NCBI GenBank assembly: GCA_963720465.1
Contig: OY970393.1
Span: forward strand, 1,216,001 to 1,280,000
DNA length: 64,000 bases
Direction: 5' to 3'
From: Methanobacteriota archaeon
GTDB lineage: Archaea > Halobacteriota > Bog-38 > Methanoflorentales > Methanoflorentaceae
The notes below the pieces were generated by a model. That model searched no databases, was not told where the DNA came from, and was given only the letters and a program-made list of their open reading frames with translations. A program made the position numbers and the translations under genes. Below are positions 1-9,795 of this stretch, piece by piece (positions within the stretch are counted from its first letter, which is position 1; every line of letters begins with the position of its first letter).

Positions 1-381
1 TCCGTGCCAGTAAGCGACAAGCTTGCACGATGGGTTCTTCGATTGCAAATACGCCGCAGGAATGACGTCGATGAGCCAGTGGTTAGACGCGACGATGGTG
101 TCGTACTTTGTTACGGGCGGGGGGGACGCTATCACCTTGAACATCCGGACACAGTAGAGCAGAATCACCATCAATATATTGGAAGTCTCTCTCTCCAAAC
201 GGGAATCTAGGACGACGACGTCGCCTGCCAGCAGTTCTTTCGCTGAAGAATATGCCAACCGAGGCAGTAGATAACTTATCTTGTGGTCGCGACTCCGGTC
301 CTGGGCCACCCTAAAGATGTGGTAGTCGCCCCCAGTCATCACCCGATGCCAGCTGTTCACCACAATTAGTATTTGCTTCAC
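1..381 (-). CDS. Glycosyltransferase family 4 (GT-B), N-terminal part, runs off window start
   Basis: Manual translation from GTG at 381: VKQILIVVNSWHRVMTGGDYHIFRVAQ...KYDTIVASNHWLIDVIPAAYLQSKNPSCKLVAYWHG, open to position 1; GT4 N-terminal pattern. Not in ORF track because there is no stop in the window. Confidence 0.7.
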   Translation of the reverse strand, partial: MKQILIVVNSWHRVMTGGDYHIFRVAQDRSRDHKISYLLPRLAYSSAKELLAGDVVVLDSRLERETSNILMVILLYCVRMFKVIASPPPVTKYDTIVASNHWLIDVIPAAYLQSKNPSCKLVAYWHG

Positions 382-658
382 TCGATGACTCCGTGGGTTA
401 GATCCCCCGCATTTCTGAAGGATCGCGAGCCAGTCTAGGCCACCAAGGGTTCACGGCGAGGCGTCGCTTTGGATGCCCGGATACCACCTTCGAGCCTGAT
501 AGTTGTGCGGAAGCATTCGATCCTTCTGCGCCATAAATCATTGCGGATACGTCATTAAGTCTCCGCTTTCTATGTTGTTAACCGTTCTCAACGTGCCAGA
601 GAGCGTGAACTCCGTTTGAGGCGGGGGCGGCGTTTGAGTGTCAAGAAAGACCCGTAGG

Positions 659-3262
659 TTAGGAGACTGTCTCTGTAACGGCGGCAGCGGAGGTTCCGTA
701 GCCGGTGTCGCCGTAGAAGGTCGCCTGCAGGAGGTAGCTACCCTGGGTGGGGATGCTGATGGTGAAGGAGTAGGAACCGTTGGCAGTGGTGGTGGCGGTG
801 CCGATGGTGGTCCACTGATTGGCGGAGTTCTCGCTGAAGAGGACGACCTGTTCGTTGGGGACGGCGGTGCCGCTAGCAGTGAGAGTGCCGGAGACAGTGA
901 AAGACTGAGTGACCGTTGGGTTGGCGTTTGAGGTGCTGGCAGTTATGGTGGTGGGTTTGACGGTGCCGATGAGCACTTTACAAGACGCATATGAGGTGGC
1001 GTAGATGGTGTCAGCTTGTGAGTTGACCTGATAGGTGTAAAGTCCCGTGGAGGCTTCGCTGCGAGTAAAGCTGTAGGAGCCGTTGGTGGTGGTCGCGGTG
1101 GTGCCGAGGCTGGTCCACGCACCTGTCGGATCTTTCCTGAGGAGAGTGATCTGCTTCCCGGAGAGAGGTGTGCCCGTCGTGTTATCTTTCAAATAGCCCG
1201 AGAGGATGAAGCTCTGGTTGACCGCTGGGTTGGCGTTGGAGGTGGTAGCGGAGAGAACCGTCGGTCTGAGAGTGCCGACAGTCATGTTCAGTGAGGCGGT
1301 CGAAATGGCAAAATCTTGGTATGCTTCTGACGCGACCATATACGAGAACTCCCCTGGCTGTGCTTCGCTCCACACAAATGAGTAGTAGCCGTTCGTGCCC
1401 GTTAACCTTGAGGCTTGCCACACCATCGGCTCGCCAGAGGCTTGCCTCCATAGGTCTATCTGCGCGCCTGAGACCGGATTGCCGTTTGTAGCGGTTAGGT
1501 ATCCGGAGAGGGTGAAGTTCTGGGTGGGGGCGGGGTTGGTGTTTGAGGTGTTGAGTGAGAGTGACGTTTGCGTGACGGTGCCGATGTTTTCGGTCTGTCC
1601 TGCATACGCCGCTGCGTAGTTTGCGTCACCTCCGAAGTGCGTTTCATACCAATACTGACCTGCAGATGGTTCGCTTACGGTAAAGGTGTAAAAGCCGGTC
1701 GCATTGGTGACGTAGCTCCCTATCTGAGGCCATTCGCCTCCTGGCGTCGTCGGCATCCGACAGAGCAGGGTGATCTGTTGGGCCGGGATACCTATGCCGC
1801 TAGCGTCCCGCAGGTAGCCATAGAGCGTGAAGGTCTGGTTGACCGCGGGGTTGGCATTGGTCGTGTATAGAGAGTTCGTGACGTTTTGCACATTGCCGAT
1901 GGTGACGGCGGTCCACCCGTTGCAGTTTTGACACCCCGTGTAGCTTTGATCGCCGCTGAAGACGCCCCAGTAAAAGTAAGCGCCTTGCGAGGATTCGGTG
2001 CGGGTGAAGCTGTAAGAGCCGTTGGTGGCGGTTGTGGTAGTAGCCAACGCCGTCTGCTGGCCGGCGGGATTCTGGCTGTAGAGGGTGATTTGCTTTCCAG
2101 CCAGCGGCGCGCCATTAGTGTCTGTCAAAACTCCATATAAGGCGAACGGCTGACCAACGGGCTCCGCTCCACTTGTATCAGGCTGACCGGTCGTTGAGTT
2201 TGTAATAAACATACTAAGCGTAGTTGATTGATACGTGCCGACGAGCACGGAACAAGATGCGTATGAGGTGTTGTAGAGGGGGTCAGCTTGTGAGTTGACC
2301 TGATAGATGAAGCTGCCCGTCGAGGCTTCGCTGTGGGTGAAGCTGTACGAACCATTTGTCGTGGTCGTGGCGGTGCCGAGGTTGGTCCACGTGCCCCCCG
2401 CATCTCTGAGGAGGGTGATCTGCTTTCCGGAGAGAGGGGCGCTTGTCGCATTGACTTTAAAATAGCCTGAGAGAGTGAAGCCCTGGTTGACTGCCGGGTT
2501 TATGTTGGAAGTGGTGAGCGTAACGCTCGTTTGGAGCTTCGCAATGGCGTTCACGTTGACGGTGACGACGCTGCTGGTCGATGCTTGGTAGGAGCTGTCT
2601 CCTGCGAAGGTGGCGTAGTAGGTGCGGGTGCCGGCAGAGCCAAAGCTCGTGGTGAGGGTGATCTGGCCGTTAGCGTTGGTTGTGCCGGTGGTATCGTTGT
2701 AGCGGACGTTGTTGAGGTAGTGGTAGATGGTGACGCTCTTTCCTGAAAGAGCTGTTCCACCGCTGCTCAAGGTGGCGGTGAAGGTGACGGATTGGTTGAC
2801 GGTGGGGGTGGCGTTGGACGCGGTGAGCGTAACGCTCGTTTGGAGCTTCGCAATGGCGTTCACGTTGACGGTGACGACGCTGCTGGTCGATGCTTGGTAG
2901 GAGCTGTCTCCTGCGAAGGTGGCGTAGTAGGTGCGGGTGCCGGCAGAGCCAAAGCTCGTGGTGAGGGTGATCTGGCCGTTAGCGTTGGTTGTGCCGGTGG
3001 TATCGTTGTAGCGGACGTTGTTGAGGTAGTGGTAGATGGTGACGCTCTTTCCTGAAAGAGCTGTTCCACCGCTGCTCAAGGTGGCGGTGAAGGTGACGGA
3101 TTGGTTGACGGTGGGGGTGGTGGTGGACGCGGTGAGAGTGAGCGTGGTGGACTGGAGGGGGGCTACTGCACCTGCACCAATTGTTACGTACGCCTGTGAG
3201 GTTCCAAAAACGGTGCAAATGAGCAGGGCACCCAGCATAAGTGATGTTAATTTCTTGTTCAC
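659..3262 (-). CDS. Secreted/cell-surface protein made of tandem Ig-like (Big_3-type) beta-sandwich repeats
   Basis: Signal peptide (VNKKLTSLMLGALLICTVFGTSQA) after a GGAGGT SD; about 8 Thr/Ser-rich ~100-aa repeats (T.LTL.AS...P.VNQ..T....L...Y.F...F.GD..Y). Confidence 0.9.
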   Translation of the reverse strand: MNKKLTSLMLGALLICTVFGTSQAYVTIGAGAVAPLQSTTLTLTASTTTPTVNQSVTFTATLSSGGTALSGKSVTIYHYLNNVRYNDTTGTTNANGQITLTTSFGSAGTRTYYATFAGDSSYQASTSSVVTVNVNAIAKLQTSVTLTASNATPTVNQSVTFTATLSSGGTALSGKSVTIYHYLNNVRYNDTTGTTNANGQITLTTSFGSAGTRTYYATFAGDSSYQASTSSVVTVNVNAIAKLQTSVTLTTSNINPAVNQGFTLSGYFKVNATSAPLSGKQITLLRDAGGTWTNLGTATTTTNGSYSFTHSEASTGSFIYQVNSQADPLYNTSYASCSVLVGTYQSTTLSMFITNSTTGQPDTSGAEPVGQPFALYGVLTDTNGAPLAGKQITLYSQNPAGQQTALATTTTATNGSYSFTRTESSQGAYFYWGVFSGDQSYTGCQNCNGWTAVTIGNVQNVTNSLYTTNANPAVNQTFTLYGYLRDASGIGIPAQQITLLCRMPTTPGGEWPQIGSYVTNATGFYTFTVSEPSAGQYWYETHFGGDANYAAAYAGQTENIGTVTQTSLSLNTSNTNPAPTQNFTLSGYLTATNGNPVSGAQIDLWRQASGEPMVWQASRLTGTNGYYSFVWSEAQPGEFSYMVASEAYQDFAISTASLNMTVGTLRPTVLSATTSNANPAVNQSFILSGYLKDNTTGTPLSGKQITLLRKDPTGAWTSLGTTATTTNGSYSFTRSEASTGLYTYQVNSQADTIYATSYASCKVLIGTVKPTTITASTSNANPTVTQSFTVSGTLTASGTAVPNEQVVLFSENSANQWTTIGTATTTANGSYSFTISIPTQGSYLLQATFYGDTGYGTSAAAVTETVS
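2513..3120. repeat. Exact 309-bp-period tandem duplication (one Ig module)
   Basis: 2513-2811 is identical to 2822-3120; duplicated ORFs appear in the track (2551..2760 = 2860..3069). Confidence 0.95.
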
Positions 3263-3763
3263 GCGTTTACCTCCTCGCAGGACTGCCATTTCGCGTTCTG
3301 ATAGGGCCGCACCATTGCCAAAGTCGCACTCAACTTCCACACGTTGCCAAACAGCGTGAAGCAGCCATTATCAACGCGGCTCTCTCTATCTATCGTCGTG
3401 TTTCGCTTGGATGAGCCACCCACTCCTTATAATTCGTCGATGCTCGGTGGCAGCCCACGCAACCTCTGAAACAACCCGTCTGCGGCGAGAAGCGCTATAA
3501 ACACCAACTCAGAAACGCAGTCCAATAAACGTTGGTGTATTTGGCTCAGTGTCACAGTAAGAGCGATGCTAAGCCGTTTTCTTACTGTGATGCCTCTAAA
3601 GCTCTGCTGGAGCGTATCGTTCATTATGCCTGCCTCGATCCCATACGCCGGTTGTCCGGCTCAGGTAGCTTAAGGCTGCGACCTAAAGGCATATAATGCT
3701 TATGATTTATACTTCTCGTATGAACCGAATGAAAGAACACACTGATAGAGCAGGGGGGTAGCT

Positions 3764-3913
3764 ATGAAGCGCAATGACAGGGCTTCTATTTCTGTGAGCA
3801 AGCAGACTCACACAGATTTCGAGGAGTTCCGCGCCCATCTAAGCGCGGAGCGGGGAAAGATCCAGACTCAAGAGGACTGTTTGAGGGAGCTCCTCTCAAA
3901 GGCTAAACGCTGA
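3764..3913 (+). CDS. Small ribbon-helix-helix-like DNA-binding protein (49 aa)
   Basis: MKRNDRASISVSKQTHTDFEEFRAHLSAERGKIQTQEDCLRELLSKAKR; GGGGGG SD; beta-strand (SISVS) followed by two helices, as in archaeal RHH proteins. Confidence 0.65.
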   Translation: MKRNDRASISVSKQTHTDFEEFRAHLSAERGKIQTQEDCLRELLSKAKR

Positions 3914-4256
3914 GACCGGAATGAGTAATACGTTTTTTTTGAGAACGTACCGGTGACGTCGCTTATCGGCGCTGTTTCAGTCGATGAGTGCTAAGAAACG
4001 GCGGTCAAAAGAGCGGCTCGAAGTACTCAATTATAAGTTTCGCGACGGGGTTACTTTCTCTTACACGCTTTCTCACGCCGCGTGCCGCCGCAGCGGTCTC
4101 GTCGTGTGCTCAACTAAACGCCGGCTGAGGCGCCAGCAGCACGCGCAAACCGTGCCTCACGGCAATGGCGCGAGCGCAGAGGTCGTTTATGGTTATAACC
4201 CAAAAGCGCGTTGATGTTAGTCGCACACCAGCCAGAAGACGTGTAGGAGTGAGTGC

Positions 4257-5759
4257 GTGAAGGCCATCATACTCGCCGCCAACGATAACACGGAGCTGCG
4301 CCCCCTGAACCTAGGGAAACCGAGCACGCTGATCAAGATTAATGGGATTCCCTTGCTCGAACACCAGATACGGAGGTACAATCGTGCGGGCGTCGAAACG
4401 GCTTCCATATCGGTCGTCTCTGGTTATCAGCACGGCCAGATCAGGCGCTACCTGATGCGTGAGCACCCCGACATACGCCTCGTGAGGAACCCCAACTATC
4501 GTTCCGCGGGCGCCCTGTACTCGCTGGACCTCGCCTTACGAGACGCAGAACCTCACACCGCCGATGACGGATTCTTCATAAGCAGTGGAGCGTGCGTGTA
4601 TGAAGACGAGACAATCGAGCGCGTGTCACGCGTCTCTGGGAGCGCCATCGTCGTGGATAGCAGCCGTTACGGGGCTGCGTCGACCAAGGTCATCGCCGAG
4701 GACGGAAACGTCGTGGTCGTCGGTACCCATATTCCAAAAAACGAGGCCACCGCCGTCGCAACTGGCTTGTGTAAGCTTGACGAATACGCTCGCGCCGTGC
4801 TGAGCGACATCGTCGCTGAGTGCACTGCTGAAAAAAGAGACGCGCCGATGGTCACAGCACTTGGCGATCTGATTCACCGCGCGCGGCTGACGCTCATCGA
4901 CATCGCGGGAACGAAGTGGGCCGCGCTGCGGACTGTGGAGGACGTGCAGACGGCCGATAAACGATTCAGTCGTTTTTCATTGCCGAGCAAGCGGTGTTTC
5001 GTCTGTGACTTGGACGGGACCGTGTACGTGGGGAACCGGCCGATCCGCGGCACCGTTGAGTTCATCACCCGGAATGTGGACGATCGTGTGTTCTATTTTG
5101 TGACGAATAATACCTCGAAGCTTCCCGAGGAGTATCGGAAGCGACTCAGCGCGCTGGGGATACCCACTAATACGGAGCATATCGTCACGCCGCTTGCGCC
5201 CCTTATCCGGTACCTGGACGAGCGCGCGTTGACGCACGTGTGCTTGCTCGCGAACGCCAGCGTCACCGCGCACCTACGGAAGGCGCTTCCGGCGCTCGAG
5301 CTAACCGCCGATCCGGAGGCGTGTGACGCGGTCATTGTGGCCTACGATACGGAGCTCACGTACGACAAGCTACGCGACGCCGCGCTGCTGCTGCAACAGA
5401 ATCCTCGTTTGACGTTTCTCGCGACGCACGGCGATCTCGTATGTCCCACCGAGCAGGGTTTCGTGCCCGACAGCGGCTGTATTTTGTCGGTGCTCGAGCA
5501 GGCCACCGGCCGAACACCTGACGCGGTGTTTGGTAAGCCTAACCCGCTTTTGCTGGAGCGCGTGACCGCTGAGTACAGCCCAAGCGAGATGGTTGTCGTC
5601 GGCGACCGGCTGTACACCGACAGGCTGATGGCGCATAATGTGGGATGCGATTTTATCTGCGTACTAAGCGGGGAGACCACGCGCGAACGGATTGACGAAC
5701 TGAACGAGAACGAGTTCCCGTCGCTCATCGTGAGGGATCTTGGAGACCTGCTGACGTGA
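4257..5759 (+). CDS. Fusion: LicC-like NTP-transferase domain + HAD-IIA (NagD-like) phosphatase
   Basis: N-term MKAIILAA..RPL...KP..LI.ING.PLLEHQI; C-term HAD motifs DLDGT, TNN, GKP, GDRLYTD. Confidence 0.85.
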   Translation: MKAIILAANDNTELRPLNLGKPSTLIKINGIPLLEHQIRRYNRAGVETASISVVSGYQHGQIRRYLMREHPDIRLVRNPNYRSAGALYSLDLALRDAEPHTADDGFFISSGACVYEDETIERVSRVSGSAIVVDSSRYGAASTKVIAEDGNVVVVGTHIPKNEATAVATGLCKLDEYARAVLSDIVAECTAEKRDAPMVTALGDLIHRARLTLIDIAGTKWAALRTVEDVQTADKRFSRFSLPSKRCFVCDLDGTVYVGNRPIRGTVEFITRNVDDRVFYFVTNNTSKLPEEYRKRLSALGIPTNTEHIVTPLAPLIRYLDERALTHVCLLANASVTAHLRKALPALELTADPEACDAVIVAYDTELTYDKLRDAALLLQQNPRLTFLATHGDLVCPTEQGFVPDSGCILSVLEQATGRTPDAVFGKPNPLLLERVTAEYSPSEMVVVGDRLYTDRLMAHNVGCDFICVLSGETTRERIDELNENEFPSLIVRDLGDLLT

Positions 5760-6004
5760 GAATGGTCGAATGGTCTCGGTGTTAACGCCAACCTAGCGCA
5801 GGCACTAGGGCTTTGCCTAGCCGCTTTTGCAAAGAAGGGTTCTTGGAGCTTTAATTTGATGTTTGAGCTTTGATAGAAGAGAATCAGCTCGACTGTGTTA
5901 AGCGCGTGTGTTGTTCCGCGTCCGGTCAGAAACACAAACGCCACCCCATCTCAAAGAAGCTGCTATTGCGATACCAAGCCAACCTCAGTCCCTAGACGAA
6001 TGAA

Positions 6005-6709
6005 TCAGATCCATCTTCCCATTATCCCGGAAATTATCGGCTCCAACGCGAAGATCATCAAGGACAGCGTAACCAGTGCCGCGACGTTGACTGGATAGGT
6101 GAGATTTGAAGATACTAACAGAGCAACGTATATGAAAATGGCGAGGATACTCGCGATTTTTAAGAATATTAACACGAAGATGCCCACGAAAATGCCGAAG
6201 ATGCCCACGATCGTGTCGCCCACCGTGCCGCGTGCTGCGCTTGCGATTCCGGCAACGACCACTCCTAAGGCTAACAGGTCGGTTACGGGCAAAAAAAATC
6301 CGTAGAAAGACACATAGAAAGACAGGGCGAGTACCCAGACGGCGATTAGGGTCGCTAGCACTGACAGAATCACGTTGAGCCGCCGCAGTCCCGAAATGCC
6401 TTTTGCAAATATTCGTATGATATACGCAATTTCAAGGATAATTAGCGCGATTGCTAAGAATGCGATGAAATGTGTCCAACCCCATTCCACCCCTGGGTAG
6501 AAGGCAGCAATGCCCAAGATAAGGACGATAAGACCTGCGCTGATCTCGAGTATTCGGAGCCACACAGGACTCCTTTTTTCTTTGGCAGCCGACGGTGGGG
6601 GCAGCGGCGATGCTGACGCGCTGGCAAACGCCTTACCGCATTTTGTGCAAAATGAGGTACTGGTGAGATTAGCCGCTCCGCAGGACTTGCAATCCTTTTG
6701 CTGCTCCAT
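6005..6709 (-). CDS. Zinc-ribbon + multi-pass membrane protein (HdeD/DUF308-like)
   Basis: CKSCG...FCTKCG double CxxC followed by about 6 hydrophobic helices. Confidence 0.75.
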   Translation of the reverse strand: MEQQKDCKSCGAANLTSTSFCTKCGKAFASASASPLPPPSAAKEKRSPVWLRILEISAGLIVLILGIAAFYPGVEWGWTHFIAFLAIALIILEIAYIIRIFAKGISGLRRLNVILSVLATLIAVWVLALSFYVSFYGFFLPVTDLLALGVVVAGIASAARGTVGDTIVGIFGIFVGIFVLIFLKIASILAIFIYVALLVSSNLTYPVNVAALVTLSLMIFALEPIISGIMGRWI

Positions 6710-7064
6710 TTGCGTATCCACCAGCTTGACGGAAAGATAAATCACGAGAGAGAGCAACTGCGGGAGAGTACCTTAAATCTTCTCTTTTAGCCGCATTGGG
6801 ATGGCGCGTTATGTGAAAAAAAGGCTTAGCTTATCACTGGCCGAGTCTACCCTCATCCGCCTCATGTTCAGCACTTATAATGACTTAGGACAGATTGGAC
6901 ACAGTGCGTATAAGAAAGGCCTCATACAGACTCCTGCCTCGTAGGACAGAAAGCCCTGGACAGACGACTGCCCTGCTCGGTGTACGCCCCAAGAAAGAGG
7001 AAATGTTTTACTATCACGCATACTAACGACCCGTGCTCCAAAAATACCTGCTATTCATACGGTA

Positions 7065-7835
7065 TTAGTGCTGGATGTTATTTGCGCTGAATCGGATGTT
7101 TCGGGCTCTTTTCTGGCTCAAATATTTCTTAATCAAAAACATACCGATCCGCAACCCGTCTCTGACAGACGACAGCTTAGCCGGATTTTCTCGTCGTGCA
7201 CGGTAATTGATGGGGATTTCCGCTATATGAAACCCGTTGCGCGTACATTCGGCAAGCATGTCTACTTCAATTGCAAACCCCTCAGCAGAGAGCTCTAAGC
7301 CTCTTATTGCTTGGCCTCGATAGCCCCATAGCCCACTGCAGACGTCGCTAATCTGCACATTGAAAAGCAGCCGAGCGAGAAGCGTGAGGAGTTTGTTCCC
7401 CACGACGTTCAGTGTGGTCATGGCTCCCGGCTCAATGGTGCCTTTGAGCCGGGATCCGATGACAACGTCGTATCTCTTGAGCAGGCACGTAATCTCCGTC
7501 GCCAAATCGATCGGGTACGTATCGTCCCCGTCAACCATAATCGCGTAGTCGGCATCAATAGATTTAAACGCCGTTTGAATGGCTGATCCCTTTCCCCTCC
7601 GCTCTTCGAGTATGATTGTCGCACCCTTTTCGACAGCGATCTCCCTCGTGTTATCGGTGGATTGGCCGTCGATCACGTACACCGCAGTTTCGAGCCCCCT
7701 CTTCGAGAGGTCGGCAACGGGTACGTCGTCGATGACCGTGCCGATTGAGCGTTCCTCGTTCAACGTCGGAATGACGACTGCTAAGGTCTCCATTAACTCG
7801 TCTGTTCGCTGATCGTGCGGTATCGTCCGTGGCAT
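7065..7835 (-). CDS. GT2 glycosyltransferase, DPM-synthase/AglJ-like (copy 1)
   Basis: VVIPTLNEE, IDGQSTD, GKG, DGDDTY, GSR, SDVCSG, EIPINYRAR; GGGGGG SD before ATG 7835. Confidence 0.92.
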   Translation of the reverse strand: MPRTIPHDQRTDELMETLAVVIPTLNEERSIGTVIDDVPVADLSKRGLETAVYVIDGQSTDNTREIAVEKGATIILEERRGKGSAIQTAFKSIDADYAIMVDGDDTYPIDLATEITCLLKRYDVVIGSRLKGTIEPGAMTTLNVVGNKLLTLLARLLFNVQISDVCSGLWGYRGQAIRGLELSAEGFAIEVDMLAECTRNGFHIAEIPINYRARRENPAKLSSVRDGLRIGMFLIKKYLSQKRARNIRFSANNIQH

Positions 7836-7928
7836 CTGCGATTTCCCCCCTTGATCACGCCGATTTGCTCGTCGGTTGCTCACTTCAGCAGCGTCAAGCT
7901 CTGCGTGCTTGTTTACGTTTGGGCCACC

Positions 7929-8010
7929 GCTGCGAAGACGTTTCTCCGCATTAGTGCGTCAAATCTTAAGTATTGCTAAAGTATTTAAAAGTTGCTACTA
8001 TTTGTTAATA
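7929..8010 (-). promoter_or_regulatory. Promoter region of GT2 copy 1; duplicated at 12889-12970
   Basis: gctgcgaagacgtttctccgc...atcttaa.tatt...aaagtatttaaaagttgcta is shared with 12889-12970; contains a TTTTAAATA TATA-like element on the minus strand. Confidence 0.7.
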
Positions 8011-8706
8011 ATTTAAATTCGTGTTAAAAACAGCAGAACCAAGGGTAATTTGTCAAGTCCTGCTTCTTGCTACGTACTTACCTCAAGGTCCGTCTCCTAG
8101 CCTAAGACCTAGTGTCAAAGGCTCAACTTTTCCTGAAATGCAAAAGAAGCCAGGTGACTGATTGTCGATCCTCCGCCCGAATGTCTTTGTCTCGTGGAGG
8201 GCGGCTGTTCACTTTTAGTCGTAGGCATGCCCTCATTATTACCGGCCTGCAGCAACGCCGCTTAGCCCAACTAGTGATCTGGCAAAAGTAGCTATACGAA
8301 CTATTCGCGTGCGCAGCACGCAAGGAGCTACAGACAGCTCAAAAAAACGTCATAAGCACCGAAGCCCGGTTCTCCTAGAAAGCGATCTAGATCCTCGCGT
8401 AGATACAGCGCTCAAAAAAGCCGTGAACGCCAAAAAAGGCCTGTAGAAGCATTTGCAAACGAAACACGGCTTACAAACCGTGGTTTATCCAATTGTCTGC
8501 TAAGCTACAAAAATCAAAAATTTATCGAACACCGAATCGCGTCCGAGTTGCTGATGACAATGCGGCAACTGAGCCGCCGATCAAAGACCAGCATGATCGC
8601 ACAGCTCTTAAGAATTCACCAAGGATGCGGAGTGGGTCAGCAGTCGAATTGCGACCAACCCGACAGTACCTCACTTCGCTCTTCGGCAGTCCTCAGATAG
8701 ACAAGC

Positions 8707-9054
8707 TCAAATGTATCGGTGTAGGTATGGGTCCCAGATCTGTTGAACCGGACGAACGGAACTGTATTGAACCGGATGAGCGGACGTCACGACGCAGCAT
8801 GCCACTGCCGTGCACGGTGTGGTCGGGCAGGGTGCGGCCGCACTCGCAGTCGGACACGTCATGGTGCCCGGACAGCTGCAGCACGTTGAGGTCTTACAGC
8901 TCGTGCACTGAGCGCATGTCGTTGCTGCGCAGCTCGAGGTTGTAGCCGCGGTTGTAGCGGCATTTGTAGCCGAGCACTGCGCTGACACGTTTATCGCCGC
9001 GAACAGTGAAAGTACTGCGAATAGCGCCAATACCGGGATGAGTACTTTTCTCAT
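8707..9054 (-). CDS. Small secreted Cys/Thr/Ala-rich protein (115 aa, 13 Cys)
   Basis: Signal peptide MRKVLIPVLALFAVLSLFAAINVSA after an AGGAG SD; CxxC/CC clusters. Confidence 0.75.
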   Translation of the reverse strand: MRKVLIPVLALFAVLSLFAAINVSAQCSATNAATTAATTSSCAATTCAQCTSCKTSTCCSCPGTMTCPTASAAAPCPTTPCTAVACCVVTSAHPVQYSSVRPVQQIWDPYLHRYI

Positions 9055-9795
9055 ATTCTTTTCTCCTGTCTTAAGCGCTTGATGTTTCCCGTCGGGATCA
9101 AGCCCATTCAATCATTCGCTTACTACTATATCTGTCGTCGGCGTGCCTTCACGCAAGTTTCCAGAAGTACTGAACTTCCTTGGCTTTGGGTGCTTACAAT
9201 TCCTCGAGCTGATATATATATATTTTGCCCGCTCTTATATCATATTGCTAAGAAATGCACATGTTGCTATAAAATAACAATGCGGCGAAGACGGGATCTC
9301 ATCGGGTGGAAAGCACTCGCAAGGCGCCATCTCACTGAACCGAACACCGACGTAGTGCTGCGCTTTTGTTGATATAAACGATTTCAACCGTCTCAGGTAT
9401 CCACGTCGTTGTTTAGTGCGTGGACGGTGCCTTGCCGCCTGGCCATACCAGTGCTCCTGTGCGCCCAGCGCCGCCTGCTCGAGCAACGAGCCTTTATTGA
9501 TTCGCGCGTGCAGATGTGGGACGCCCGCACCACGATTTTTGTTTCGTGCTGCCTTTGGCCTGCACGATGCCAACGCAGGCGCGTGTGCGTGCTCCGCTGT
9601 TGCCCCCGTCGTACGCACTGGTTACAGAACACGTCCTAAAGCGACGAAAACGAGACAGCGTCGGGTAGGGTCGCTCGCTTATCGGATGCATCGGCGCACA
9701 CTGTCGAGCACCGTTTAAACCCATGACGAGAGTCCGGCGCAACGGGGTTGCCAAGTTAACGTTATAATAAGGGAGCGAGCATAGCGTGAACCACA

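Noticed and set aside
6886-6965. GGACAGA short repeats (also at ~12509 on the minus strand)
   Set aside because: Irregular spacing and too short to support a CRISPR or iteron call.
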